DNA of 63,501 nucleotides, filler included. It is 5 parts of 5 records of this genome, joined end to end, with 100 filler letters (N's around TTAATTAATTAA, not from the genome) between each part and the next. Parts side by side here need not be neighbours in the genome. Positions count along the whole stretch, not along the records: positions 24,887 to 43,657 come from DRR378314_2132; 4 more parts are not named here. One strand, given 5' to 3'. Shown piece after piece: positions 25,589 through 35,361 of the stretch; position 1 is the stretch's first letter, and every line of letters starts with the position of its first letter. The translations under genes and the position numbers were made by a program. The notes below the pieces were generated by a model. It had not been told where the DNA came from. It was given only the letters and a program-made list of their open reading frames with translations, and ran no database searches.

Positions 25589-25981
25589 ATGCACGACGAT
25601 GCCAACAAAGCACCTTTAGAAGGTGAAGTAATTAACGAAAGTACGTCTTCAGAACAGCCGGATACCACCATGGCGATGGTGATTTACGCGCTTTATTTGG
25701 CAAGCTTTTTGGTAGGGTTTACCTCACTGGTCGGCATCGTTATCGCCTATGTCTATCGTGGTAAAGGCCCTGAATGGCTAGATGAGCACTACCGTTACCA
25801 GATCCGTACGTTTTGGATTGGGCTGCTCTACGGCAGCATCGCCACGTTGCTAACGTTTATTCTGATTGGCATCCCCATGCTATTGGCACTGGCCGTATGG
25901 TTTATTGTTCGCTGTGTGAAAGGCTTTAAGGGTCTGCAGGAGAAGCGTGCGCCAACCAACGTTGACAGCTGGTTCCTGTAA
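25589..25981 (+). CDS. DUF4870-like small membrane protein
   Basis: IYALYL..GIVIAYV..WL.EHYRYQIRTFW..RCVKG. Confidence 0.75.
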   Translation: MHDDANKAPLEGEVINESTSSEQPDTTMAMVIYALYLASFLVGFTSLVGIVIAYVYRGKGPEWLDEHYRYQIRTFWIGLLYGSIATLLTFILIGIPMLLALAVWFIVRCVKGFKGLQEKRAPTNVDSWFL

Positions 25982-25984
25982 CTT

Positions 25985-26917
25985 ATGGCAGAGCAGTCAC
26001 CGTCTAACAAATCACGCTTCCAAGCACGTGCCATCACATCACTTTGGAAACTACTGGCGCGCTGGCCGCTTGGCGCGCTTTGGCGTATCGCCGTGCGGTT
26101 AGGTCCGCTGGTCTATCGCTTTAGCAAACGAGAGCGTCAGGTGACGGAAATCAATCTGGCAGTGGTTAACCCAGAAGCCACTGCCAGCCAGCGCAAAGCC
26201 CTTGCCATACAAAGCCTGCGCCACTCGGCGGCGACAATGCTGGAACTTGGCCATGCGTGGATGGCTGCGCCCGAAAAAGTAGAAGCCAGCATTTTGTCGG
26301 TTCATGGCCGAGATAAGCTAGACAGCGCACGTGCCGAAGGCCGCGGCGTCATTGTGCTTGCTCCGCACTTTGGTAACTGGGAGGTGCTTAATTTTTGGCT
26401 CTCCAGCCACTTCCCTTTTACCGCCATGTACGAACCACCCAAAATTGCCGACCTTGAGCCTATTATTCGCCATGGCCGCGAGCGCATGGGAGCCAGCTTG
26501 GTACCCACCAACGCCAGAGGCGTCGCTGCCCTTCTCAAAGCGCTTAAGCGCAGCGAAGCTATTGGCATCTTGCCGGATCAAGAACCGAACTGGGGCAGCG
26601 GTGTATTCGCCCCTTTTTATGGGCGCGATGCCTATACGGCAACGCTGCTACCGAAACTGGTCGCCCGCACTCAGGCAAGGGTAGTTACCGGCGTTGCCTT
26701 ACGGGTGCCTGGCAAGGGATTTGAAATTCATTTCCTTGACGCCGATGAGCAGGTTTACAGCGCCGATGATGTAGTCTCAGCCAGCGGTGTTAACGCTAGC
26801 GTAGAAGCGTCAATTGCACTTGATCCAACGCAGTATCAGTGGGAATACAAACGCTATCGCAAGGTCATAGAGCAACAGCAAGGGCTGGCAAACGCCAAAG
26901 AATTTCGGATTTACTAA
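25985..26917 (+). CDS. Lipid A late acyltransferase (LpxL/HtrB family)
   Basis: PHFGNWE, ILPDQ, PTQYQWEYKRY. Confidence 0.88.
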   Translation: MAEQSPSNKSRFQARAITSLWKLLARWPLGALWRIAVRLGPLVYRFSKRERQVTEINLAVVNPEATASQRKALAIQSLRHSAATMLELGHAWMAAPEKVEASILSVHGRDKLDSARAEGRGVIVLAPHFGNWEVLNFWLSSHFPFTAMYEPPKIADLEPIIRHGRERMGASLVPTNARGVAALLKALKRSEAIGILPDQEPNWGSGVFAPFYGRDAYTATLLPKLVARTQARVVTGVALRVPGKGFEIHFLDADEQVYSADDVVSASGVNASVEASIALDPTQYQWEYKRYRKVIEQQQGLANAKEFRIY

Positions 26918-26935
26918 CGGGTAACGAGGTAATTT

Positions 26936-27286
26936 ATGACCCAGCGTTATAGTCCCAATGAGGAAACGCGCCCGACACAAATTATTTACGCGCTCTATTT
27001 AGCAGGCCTAGTAACAGCCAATATTACGCTGTTGATTGGCGTTATAGTCGCTTACGTATATCGCAAAGAGGCAGCACCGTGGTTGCAAGCGCACTACCGT
27101 TATTTGATCCGGACTTTTTGGATAGGCTGCCTCTACTTTATCGCCACCTTTACCCTTAGCTTAATGCTAGTAGGCACCTTACTATGGCCGCTATTAGCCG
27201 TGTGGCTTGGTGTGCGCTGTATTATTGGCTGGCTCGCAGTGCGCAAGGGAGAACCGCCGGCTCGTCCTGGCAGTTGGCTCTGGTAA
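26936..27286 (+). CDS. DUF4870-like small membrane protein (paralog of 25589-25981)
   Basis: IYALYL..GVIVAYV..WLQAHYRYLIRTFW..RCIIG. Confidence 0.75.
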   Translation: MTQRYSPNEETRPTQIIYALYLAGLVTANITLLIGVIVAYVYRKEAAPWLQAHYRYLIRTFWIGCLYFIATFTLSLMLVGTLLWPLLAVWLGVRCIIGWLAVRKGEPPARPGSWLW

Positions 27287-27334
27287 CAACTAAGCAAGTC
27301 CCTATACCACCGCCGCTAAGGATGATGGGCTGGA

Positions 27335-28948
27335 TCATGGTGTCGCCCCTGTCGTTGACCCAGAAGAGGTTAATGCTGGAGTGCCAAAGTCTTGCTGTAG
27401 CCAATGACGCAGCTGGCTCATTTTCGCGGCCTCTTCAGGGCTTTTCAGTGATGGCAGCATGCCATCAATAAAACCACGTGCCTTAAAAGGTGCTAAGAGT
27501 CGGGGGTCTCCGCTAATCACATGGACAGGCACCGCTGCACTGGCGTTGTCGCCGGTAATCAGCGGTGCCGCCTGATGATCTCCCAGTACAATCAATAGAG
27601 TGTTGTCATCAACCACTCGCTCAGCCCAGCGTCCTGTGACCTTTACAGAGTAGTCTATTGACCACGCGTAATGGTCACGGATGCGTTCAATATCCTGCCA
27701 AAGCACTTCTGGCGGATCACCGGCCTCCTCCCAAGGGGCGAAAACACGCCCATCGCCGATCATCGACCAGTCTTCGAAAACGGGCAAAATGGGCGTCCAT
27801 GGTGCGTGGCTGGAGATAAGTGCGAGTTGCGCGAATACCGGCGCCTCACCCAACAAATGTCGCTGGGTGTAATCCAGCGTGAACTGATCGGGCATCGTGA
27901 CCCAGTTCAGCGCTGGCCCCGCATAGGGTATATCTTTCGCTACTGCAATCTGATCAAATCCGTAGGCCAGCCCTTCTGGCCAAGCCAACGTAATGGCTGG
28001 CATGACACTGAGCGTCCGCTGCCCAGTGCTACTAAAATCATTAATCAGCGTTGAATGATCGCTTTCCAGCATCAGTCGATACCATAGCTGATTATCAATC
28101 CAGCGACCGCTTAGTGCCGTGGCATGAGCAAGCCAAGACTGACCTCCCCGAATAGGCGCTTCTAGCAACCCCGAAACAACGTGTAGATCGCGCTGACCCA
28201 AACGTTGCTGTATGTCAGCTAGCGTAGGCAGTACGACACTGCTGTAGCGAGAATCATTAATGGCCGATACACCATAAGATTCAATAAACGTTAATAAGAC
28301 ATTGCGCCCTAACAAACCAGGTAATGGGCTAGGCTCTAATGGTGACGCCTGTAGCTGTTCGCTAAACGCCACTCTCGCCCGATGAGTCGCCACCACCTGC
28401 TCCCACTGGAAACGCGTGGTGTTAACAGCAGGTAGTGTTGATTTAGCGACTAATCGCTTGCCGTTAGCCTCGGAAACCGCAAAACCTGCCGCGGTGATCA
28501 TCACGAGGATGGCTAGAGCACCTGAAGCACGCCTCACCGATAGAGGCTTAGCAGGCAACAGCAATCGCAGCAGCATCCATAAACTACCTAGCAGGGTCGC
28601 ACTGCCCAACAACATCAGGAAAGTTGCTGCCAGTTGACCTACATTACCTACTAGCAAATGGTAGATAGAGCGCACCAAGGGCACGTCTAGATAGAGATTT
28701 AGTGATCGCCCAAACGCGGTGTGTGTCGCGGCATCGCCTAGGTTGGCCATCGTTACCAACGCCAGCCAACCTACCAACAAAATAGCTAACCAGCGACGTA
28801 AGCTACCAGGGCGAATAAGCAGCATCGCAGGGGCTATAAGCCATGCCTCCCACGCAATTAGAGGAGAGCCAATCTCACCGAAACGCCACCAAAGCGGCAA
28901 TACCAGTAGAAAGTTGAGCGTTATACACGTGAGTAGAAGACGAATCAT
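27335..28948 (-). CDS. Membrane-anchored alkaline-phosphatase-superfamily (sulfatase/LtaS/OpgB-like) protein
   Basis: About 5 N-terminal TM helices, then NVLLTFIESYG, GGQSWLAH, ISSHAPW and LGDHQ metal-site motifs. Confidence 0.75.
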   Translation of the reverse strand: MIRLLLTCITLNFLLVLPLWWRFGEIGSPLIAWEAWLIAPAMLLIRPGSLRRWLAILLVGWLALVTMANLGDAATHTAFGRSLNLYLDVPLVRSIYHLLVGNVGQLAATFLMLLGSATLLGSLWMLLRLLLPAKPLSVRRASGALAILVMITAAGFAVSEANGKRLVAKSTLPAVNTTRFQWEQVVATHRARVAFSEQLQASPLEPSPLPGLLGRNVLLTFIESYGVSAINDSRYSSVVLPTLADIQQRLGQRDLHVVSGLLEAPIRGGQSWLAHATALSGRWIDNQLWYRLMLESDHSTLINDFSSTGQRTLSVMPAITLAWPEGLAYGFDQIAVAKDIPYAGPALNWVTMPDQFTLDYTQRHLLGEAPVFAQLALISSHAPWTPILPVFEDWSMIGDGRVFAPWEEAGDPPEVLWQDIERIRDHYAWSIDYSVKVTGRWAERVVDDNTLLIVLGDHQAAPLITGDNASAAVPVHVISGDPRLLAPFKARGFIDGMLPSLKSPEEAAKMSQLRHWLQQDFGTPALTSSGSTTGATP

Positions 28949-29124
28949 CAGCGCTTCAACAGCATAGTAATCACCTAAATATTACACGCTTAATGGAATT
29001 TAAAGCTTGCACATGACCACAAAAATCATGTACCAACAATACAAATGGTATAACTTTTGTTGAAATATTTCATATACTGATTTTATGGTTACTACGCTGG
29101 CATGCAATCGAAAGGAACTCGCCC

Positions 29125-30654
29125 ATGAGTGTTCGTACTGCAGCAAAATGGATGTTGTCATTTAACTGTCTGATCGCCTTTTCTGCGGTTGCTAACGATG
29201 ATGGTGTTTTTGACCACGTTATTGAGCGTGCCCAAACCCTGGCCGATGCGCCTTATCAACCCCCAAATGAGACGCTTCCCAGCGCTCTGACGTCGTTAAA
29301 TTACGACCTGTATCGACAAATCCGTTTCAATCCCGAGCGAGCCTACTGGCGCGATGAAAGCCCTTTTAGTATGCAGCTATTTCATAGCGGATTTATATTT
29401 CAAACCCCCGTCACGATTAATGTGATCGACGATGGTGACGTTGAACCACTCTCTTTCTCGGCCGATGACTTTCAGTACGATGGTGATGCCAACCGTTTGT
29501 TAGAGCATGATTTAACGGGCAGCGGTCATGCCGGCTTTAGGCTGCACTATCCTATCAATAGTGATGATTATGCCGATGAATTTGCTGTTTTTCTTGGCGC
29601 AAGCTACTTCCGTCTAGTTGGCCGCGACCAAGCCTACGGTCTTTCTACCCGTGGTCTTGCCATTGATACCGCATTAGCCAGTGGTGAAGAGTTTCCCGAA
29701 TTTCGCGAATTCTGGCTCTATAAGCCTGATGAAGATTCTGACAGCGTTACGCTACTCGCACTCATGGATAGCCCATCGCTAAGCGGAGCCTACCGCATTA
29801 CGTTAACGCCGGGCGAGAGCACTGAGGCAGATGTAGAAGCAACGCTGTTTGCACGTTCTGATATAGCAAAGCTAGGGGTTGCGCCGCTCACCAGCATGTT
29901 CACCTTTGGGGAAGCCAGCACCGAGCGAGCTGATGACTTTCGTCCTCAGGTACATGATTCCGATGGTTTGCTAATCCACACGGGGGCCGACGAGTGGATC
30001 TGGCGGCCGTTGCAAAACCCCTCATCGGTTCGCGTATCAGCGTTTATCGACGATTCCCCCTCTGGGTTTGGTCTAATGCAGCGGGAGCGGGACTTTAGCC
30101 GCTACCTGGACCTTGAAGCCCACTACCATCGCCGCCCTAGCCAATGGGTCGAACCCCTTGCTGACTGGGGGCCAGGGCATGTAGAGCTCGTCGAAATTCC
30201 CACGCCAGATGAGACTCACGACAATATAGTGGCTTATTGGGTCGCTGAAGAGCCGCTCACAACTGGCGAGTCTCGCCACTTTCACTATCGAATGTTTACG
30301 CTCAATGAACAGCCCGAGGCTAACTCACTGGGCAAGGTTGTGCGCACCCGCCATGGCAGCGCAGCGGTTCCAGGCGAGGCCGACTCCCCGTCTGCTGATC
30401 AGCGCCAATTCATCGTCGATTTCCAGGGCGGCAAACTGGATGATCTGACATCAAGCGAGCCAATCGAGCTGGACATCAGTGTGCTCAATGGCGAGGTATT
30501 ACTACCTCAAGTCAAAACACTGCCCAACAACGGACAACGGGCCACTTTTCGACTGCCCCCCAGCAGCGAGCCCAGTGATATCCGGCTACGGCTGATGGTT
30601 GAGGGAGAGCCGATTACTGAAACCTGGAATTACGTGTGGTATCCCGATGCCTGA
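29125..30654 (+). CDS. opgG: Periplasmic glucan biosynthesis protein, OpgG/OpgD family
   Basis: Sec signal; YRQIRF, FLGASYFR, YGLSTRGLAID, RPQVHDSDGL, DNIVAYW, ETWNY. Confidence 0.9.
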   Translation: MSVRTAAKWMLSFNCLIAFSAVANDDGVFDHVIERAQTLADAPYQPPNETLPSALTSLNYDLYRQIRFNPERAYWRDESPFSMQLFHSGFIFQTPVTINVIDDGDVEPLSFSADDFQYDGDANRLLEHDLTGSGHAGFRLHYPINSDDYADEFAVFLGASYFRLVGRDQAYGLSTRGLAIDTALASGEEFPEFREFWLYKPDEDSDSVTLLALMDSPSLSGAYRITLTPGESTEADVEATLFARSDIAKLGVAPLTSMFTFGEASTERADDFRPQVHDSDGLLIHTGADEWIWRPLQNPSSVRVSAFIDDSPSGFGLMQRERDFSRYLDLEAHYHRRPSQWVEPLADWGPGHVELVEIPTPDETHDNIVAYWVAEEPLTTGESRHFHYRMFTLNEQPEANSLGKVVRTRHGSAAVPGEADSPSADQRQFIVDFQGGKLDDLTSSEPIELDISVLNGEVLLPQVKTLPNNGQRATFRLPPSSEPSDIRLRLMVEGEPITETWNYVWYPDA

Positions 30655-32626
30655 TCTCCACGCGTTGCGGCCTTCGATGCCCTGGCTTAACGGTCGCCGA
30701 GCCTTCCTTGCTTCTATAGTGTTAGCCACCAGCATCGGTGGCTGCATCGCGATGGCACAGGTCGTTGCCAATTTTTCCATGGGTTGGCAGCTCACCATGT
30801 TGATCCTATTTGCATTAACGTTTACTTGGATAGCGCTGGCTTTCTGGGGCGCGCTATGTGGCTTCGTGCTTTGTTCGCTACGCCGAGATCCGCTCAGTTT
30901 ACGTCGTCAAACCATTGTGAACCCCAATGCCAGCCTGCTAGTCAGCCGCACCGCGCTAATAATGCCTATTTATGCAGAACCTCCCATCCCGACCATTGCG
31001 GGGCTAGAAGCAACATGTCGTTCACTTCTCCAGCAAGCAGAAGCGTATGGTGCAGGGACACCCAGTGCTATCAACAAATACTTTGAAGTGTTTGTATTGA
31101 GCGATACCCAAGATTCAGCCATGGCAAACATCGAAGCGGCCCATGTGGCTGCCTTGCAACAGCGCCTTGCCGGACAGATAGCCGTGCATTACCGGCGACG
31201 TCCTAATAATGACGGCCGCAAAGCTGGCAATATTGCAGAGTTTTGCCGCCGCTGGGGCCGCCGCTATGACTACTTGGTGGTGCTAGATGCCGACAGCCTA
31301 ATGAGTGGCGCTACGCTACTGCATTTAGTCCATCGGATGCAGCGCCAACCCAGCGTAGGACTTATTCAAACGGTGCCTATTCCCGTTGGCCAACGCACGC
31401 TATTTGGTCGTTTTACCCAGCTAGCCTCAGCACTCTACAGCCCAATGCTGGCAGCGGGCCAAAGCTTCTGGCAGGGTGATGCGGCGAATTACTGGGGCCA
31501 CAACGCGATTATTCGCACACGCGCCTTTATGGCCCATGCCGGGTTACCTCTCCTTTCAGGTAAACCACCGCTGGGAGGAGAGCTATTAAGCCACGATTTC
31601 GTCGAAGCGGCTCTCCTGAAACGAGGTGGCTGGCAGGTGCTGCTCGATACCTCTGCGACCACTGCCGTATCTCGCCATAACCCTTACGCTAGCGCGTCAC
31701 ATAACAGCTTTGAAGCCATGCCGAGCAACATGCTCGACTTTGCCAAGCGTGACCGCCGCTGGCTACAGGGCAACCTGCAGCACTTACGCTTACTCACCGG
31801 CGCAGGGTTTCACCCGATTAGTCGGCTACACTTTTTATTCGGCGCGTTTGCCTACCTTTCTTCGCTTGTTTGGCTTGGGCTTCTACTCTGCACTAGCCTG
31901 ATGGTGGGTTATCAAGCCATTGAGACCACCTCAAATCCGCCGTTGCCTGAAGCCCTCTCTCTAGGGTTGTTAAGTGTAACGCTGGGTATGCTGATTGCGC
32001 CCAAGCTGTTGGGGCTATTACTAACGTTCTGGCAATGTCCCCATGCGTATGGCGGACGACTCAAGCTTGTCACCAGCACGTTATTGGAAATTGTGTTTGC
32101 CGCTTTGATTGCGCCACTGATGATGGCGTGGCATAGCTTATTTATCATCAACGTGTTGATTGGCCGAGCTATCGACTGGCAAACCCAACACCGGGGGGAG
32201 CGCTCGCTAAGTTGGCGAGAGACATGGCACCACACCGGGTGGATGACGCTGTGTGGTATTGCCTGGGCAGGCACGATGATGCTTTTTTCACCCTCGGCGT
32301 TCGGCTGGTTAACCCCCGCATGGCTGGGGCTGATTGGAGCTGCTCCGCTGGTGAAATACTCCAGCAGTGCCACCTGGGGAGGCCTCGTTAGCCGCAAGTT
32401 CGGCTTACTGCAAACACCTAGTTCAGCACAACAACCACCGCTTTTGGAAGACTTTGTCGCGTTAGAAAACCGCAGCCACCAATCCAGTGCCACCTTAGCT
32501 CGCTCGTTGCCAACACTTGCTCTAGCACTTCCCCAGGAACAGCCTGGCGATATGCCCTGCCAGTCATTTCGATGTCACGTTCAAACAGCAACCGAGCATG
32601 CACCATCCGTTAAGGAGCCCTACTAA
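30647..32626 (+). CDS. opgH: Glucan biosynthesis glucosyltransferase OpgH (GT2)
   Basis: RKAGNI, LDADSLM, NYWGHNAIIR, SHDFVEA, RDRRWLQGNLQH; ATG 30647 overlaps the opgG stop. Confidence 0.93.
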   Translation: MPDLHALRPSMPWLNGRRAFLASIVLATSIGGCIAMAQVVANFSMGWQLTMLILFALTFTWIALAFWGALCGFVLCSLRRDPLSLRRQTIVNPNASLLVSRTALIMPIYAEPPIPTIAGLEATCRSLLQQAEAYGAGTPSAINKYFEVFVLSDTQDSAMANIEAAHVAALQQRLAGQIAVHYRRRPNNDGRKAGNIAEFCRRWGRRYDYLVVLDADSLMSGATLLHLVHRMQRQPSVGLIQTVPIPVGQRTLFGRFTQLASALYSPMLAAGQSFWQGDAANYWGHNAIIRTRAFMAHAGLPLLSGKPPLGGELLSHDFVEAALLKRGGWQVLLDTSATTAVSRHNPYASASHNSFEAMPSNMLDFAKRDRRWLQGNLQHLRLLTGAGFHPISRLHFLFGAFAYLSSLVWLGLLLCTSLMVGYQAIETTSNPPLPEALSLGLLSVTLGMLIAPKLLGLLLTFWQCPHAYGGRLKLVTSTLLEIVFAALIAPLMMAWHSLFIINVLIGRAIDWQTQHRGERSLSWRETWHHTGWMTLCGIAWAGTMMLFSPSAFGWLTPAWLGLIGAAPLVKYSSSATWGGLVSRKFGLLQTPSSAQQPPLLEDFVALENRSHQSSATLARSLPTLALALPQEQPGDMPCQSFRCHVQTATEHAPSVKEPY

Positions 32627-33408
32627 TGCCTTCTGCTTTTTTTGATCGGCTCCGCAGTGCCAGCGGTATGGCGCGTTCACTATTTATTTACTGGCGGCCT
32701 GGAAGGCAAAGGGGTCTGAAGCAGTTATATCGTCCGTTTATTCAACCGGGCGATATCGCTTTTGATATTGGCGCTCACTTAGGCGACCGTAGTGCCGCCT
32801 TCCACGCGCTAGGTGCTAAGGTAGTAGCACTGGAGCCGCAGCCAGCACTGGCCAACTGGTTTAAACGAATACTCAATCGACCGAACATTACGCTCTTACC
32901 ACTGGCCGCTGGACCGCAACCCGGCTATGCGGATATCGCCATCAGTGTTAGCAACCCGACCCTCTCTACCCTAGCGACCGAATGGCGACATCAGGTGGGC
33001 GAACGAAATCCTGGCTTTCAGCACGTACAGTGGGAACAGCAGCTAAGAGTGGAAGTCACCACACTGGATCAACTGATCGCTACTTACGGCGAACCAAGCT
33101 TTATAAAAATTGATGTTGAAGGGTTTGAAGCAGAAGTCTTGATGGGTCTTAACCATCCGGTAGCAGCACTTTCAGTCGAGTTTGTTGCGGGCGTGTTAGA
33201 GGTCAGCCATGCCTGCGTTGAACAGCTGTCCCGTCTTGGCGACTACCGCTTTAATGCAATTGCCGGTGAGCAACGCCACTTTCGCTGGGCAACCTGGCAA
33301 ACCCCTGAAACCATTACCCAGTGGCTTAACGATGGCGTTGACGGCTTAGCCTCTGGGGATCTCTACGCCTGCCGCGCCGATCATCCGCTGTTAAACGAAG
33401 CCGCATAA
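32626..33408 (+). CDS. FkbM-family methyltransferase
   Basis: FDIGAHLG, ALEPQP, TTLD, FIKIDVEGFE; TAATG coupling to opgH. Confidence 0.9.
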   Translation: MPSAFFDRLRSASGMARSLFIYWRPGRQRGLKQLYRPFIQPGDIAFDIGAHLGDRSAAFHALGAKVVALEPQPALANWFKRILNRPNITLLPLAAGPQPGYADIAISVSNPTLSTLATEWRHQVGERNPGFQHVQWEQQLRVEVTTLDQLIATYGEPSFIKIDVEGFEAEVLMGLNHPVAALSVEFVAGVLEVSHACVEQLSRLGDYRFNAIAGEQRHFRWATWQTPETITQWLNDGVDGLASGDLYACRADHPLLNEAA

Positions 33409-33409
33409 C

Positions 33410-33465
33410 TCTTCAAAAAACGATTTTAAAACACTGCTTTTAAAACATAGCTTTCAAAACAAGAG
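33410..33465. repeat. Four imperfect 14-bp tandem repeats (core TTTYAAAACA)
   Basis: tcttcaaaaaacga / ttttaaaacactgc / ttttaaaacatagc / tttcaaaacaagag. Confidence 0.65.
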
Positions 33466-33472
33466 AATCTGC

Positions 33473-34261
33473 ATGATTTATCACTGGCAAACCCTCACCG
33501 CTCCCCAGCTCGCCTCGATTGCCGAAGGTGATCCAGTCGCAGTGATCACCTTGGGGGCCATTGAGCAGCACGGTACTCACCTGCCGCTGGGTACCGACCT
33601 GATCATTGGTGAAGGGTTACAAGCCGCCATGTTAGACATGATTGACCCAGCACTCGACGTGCTGTGTCTACCATCAATTGCCGTCGGTGCGAGCGATGAG
33701 CACGCCAGCTTTGCTGGAACGCTTAGCCTACCCGCCCCACTCGCCATTGCAATGCTAGAGGCTTACGGCGCAAGCATTGCGCGTACGGGGATAAAAAAGC
33801 TGGTGCTGATTAATAGCCACGGTGGCAATAAAGCCGTGATGGATCTTGCCGCACTGACCCTACGCAAACAGTTTGAAATGCGCGTGGTGAAAGCCACCTA
33901 TACGCGGCTACCGCCGTTGGAAGGCGCTATTAACGCCGATGAGCTGCGCTATGGATTGCATGGCGGATTGTTGGAAACCGCCATCATGCTGCATTTAGCG
34001 CCTGAGCTTGTGCAGCTCGACAGCTACCAACCGACTCCATCGGCAATGCCTAAAGGTGACGCCCTGGTCAGTCCAGAGGGTAGCGCAGCGTTTGCCTGGC
34101 TTGCCGAGGACCTGAGTAGGTTCGGCGTTGCCGGTGATGCAACGGGTGCTCATCAAGCATTGGGTGAACGGTTAGTCAGGCACTACGCCACTCAGTTGGC
34201 GCAGGTGGTGGCCGAAACCGCCCACCTGCCACCGTTTACCACTGGTAAAACGCCAGATTAA
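33473..34261 (+). CDS. Creatininase-family amidohydrolase (FAPy deformylase/ArfB-like)
   Basis: GAIEQHGTHLPLGTD, NSHGGN, HGGLLET. Confidence 0.9.
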   Translation: MIYHWQTLTAPQLASIAEGDPVAVITLGAIEQHGTHLPLGTDLIIGEGLQAAMLDMIDPALDVLCLPSIAVGASDEHASFAGTLSLPAPLAIAMLEAYGASIARTGIKKLVLINSHGGNKAVMDLAALTLRKQFEMRVVKATYTRLPPLEGAINADELRYGLHGGLLETAIMLHLAPELVQLDSYQPTPSAMPKGDALVSPEGSAAFAWLAEDLSRFGVAGDATGAHQALGERLVRHYATQLAQVVAETAHLPPFTTGKTPD

Positions 34262-35361
34262 CGCCCACGACCCTCAAGCACCTCGTCTAAGAAATGCCCT
34301 GCCCGGTTGGCTTTGGCGCTTAGGTAGCGGTGATTGTGATCCGTCACACTGCCGTAGAGCGCCTGACGTGAGACGACTTCAATCCCCCCTTCACGCAGTG
34401 CTGCCATTTTTAGCGGGTTGTTAGTCAGCAGCTGAACTTTATCGATCGCTAGCGCATTGAGCATATCCACCGCGACAGCGTATTGGCGCTCGTCGTCGCC
34501 AAACCCTAGTACTTGATCGGCATCGACGGTGTCTAAACCGCCATCTTGCAAGGTGTAGGCGCGCAGTTTATTGGCTAAGCCAATTCCCCGCCCCTCTTGT
34601 GCTAAATAAAGCAGCACGCCGCCACCCATCGCTTGAATATCAGCCACCGCGTTACGCAACTGTTCGCCACAGTCACAGCGCAGGCTGCCGAACAGATCGC
34701 CAGTGAGGCAAGCCGAGTGCATCCTCAAAGGAACCGCCCCATGATTGGCTTTCAAATCACCAATCACTACGGCCACATGCTCACGCAAACCATCAGGTTC
34801 ACGGAACAGCACAAAACGGCTCTCAGGCGCATCTTCAAGAGGAATACGCGCTTCACTGACACGCTTTAGCATCCCCGGCGCACCGGCTAAACACGTCTCT
34901 GCATCGCGGGCATTCACTTCTAACAGCTCGCCTTTTGATAACTGCTGAGCAATATGCTCGGCGGATGTCGCACTGACCTCTGCGCAGAGCGCCGCCGGTA
35001 TCAATAGCGCACGACGCATAAGTGCCACAGCGCCTCTCTCTCCCACGCCAGCAGGCTTCAGGCCGCTTAAAAGCGAATGAGCCTTCGACGCTTCATTGGA
35101 CACAGCAAGGTGATGCAAATCACGCTCACTGATTTGCTCGGTGAGCGGTAAACAGGCCGCATCCGCCTTAAGCGACATGCCCATTGCCTGCAAGCGATGA
35201 CGCGTTAATACCAGCGCTGGCCGAGAGCCGGAGAGTTTCGCCAGTGAATCGACCGACACACTGCCTTCAAGAGCCTGTACCAACAGACGTTGCTCTCCGG
35301 TATTAATTACCACGGGCAATCCACGGCGAATATCGAAAATAGCGCGTTCAATGTGATACAT
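34258..35361 (-). CDS. ribA: GTP cyclohydrolase II with degenerate RibB-like N-terminal domain
   Basis: RMHSACLTGD..SLRCDCG, QEGRGIGL.NKLRAY.LQD, LLTNNP.K, N..YL..K...GH; GGAGG RBS before ATG 35361. Confidence 0.9.
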   Translation of the reverse strand: MYHIERAIFDIRRGLPVVINTGEQRLLVQALEGSVSVDSLAKLSGSRPALVLTRHRLQAMGMSLKADAACLPLTEQISERDLHHLAVSNEASKAHSLLSGLKPAGVGERGAVALMRRALLIPAALCAEVSATSAEHIAQQLSKGELLEVNARDAETCLAGAPGMLKRVSEARIPLEDAPESRFVLFREPDGLREHVAVVIGDLKANHGAVPLRMHSACLTGDLFGSLRCDCGEQLRNAVADIQAMGGGVLLYLAQEGRGIGLANKLRAYTLQDGGLDTVDADQVLGFGDDERQYAVAVDMLNALAIDKVQLLTNNPLKMAALREGGIEVVSRQALYGSVTDHNHRYLSAKANRAGHFLDEVLEGRGR

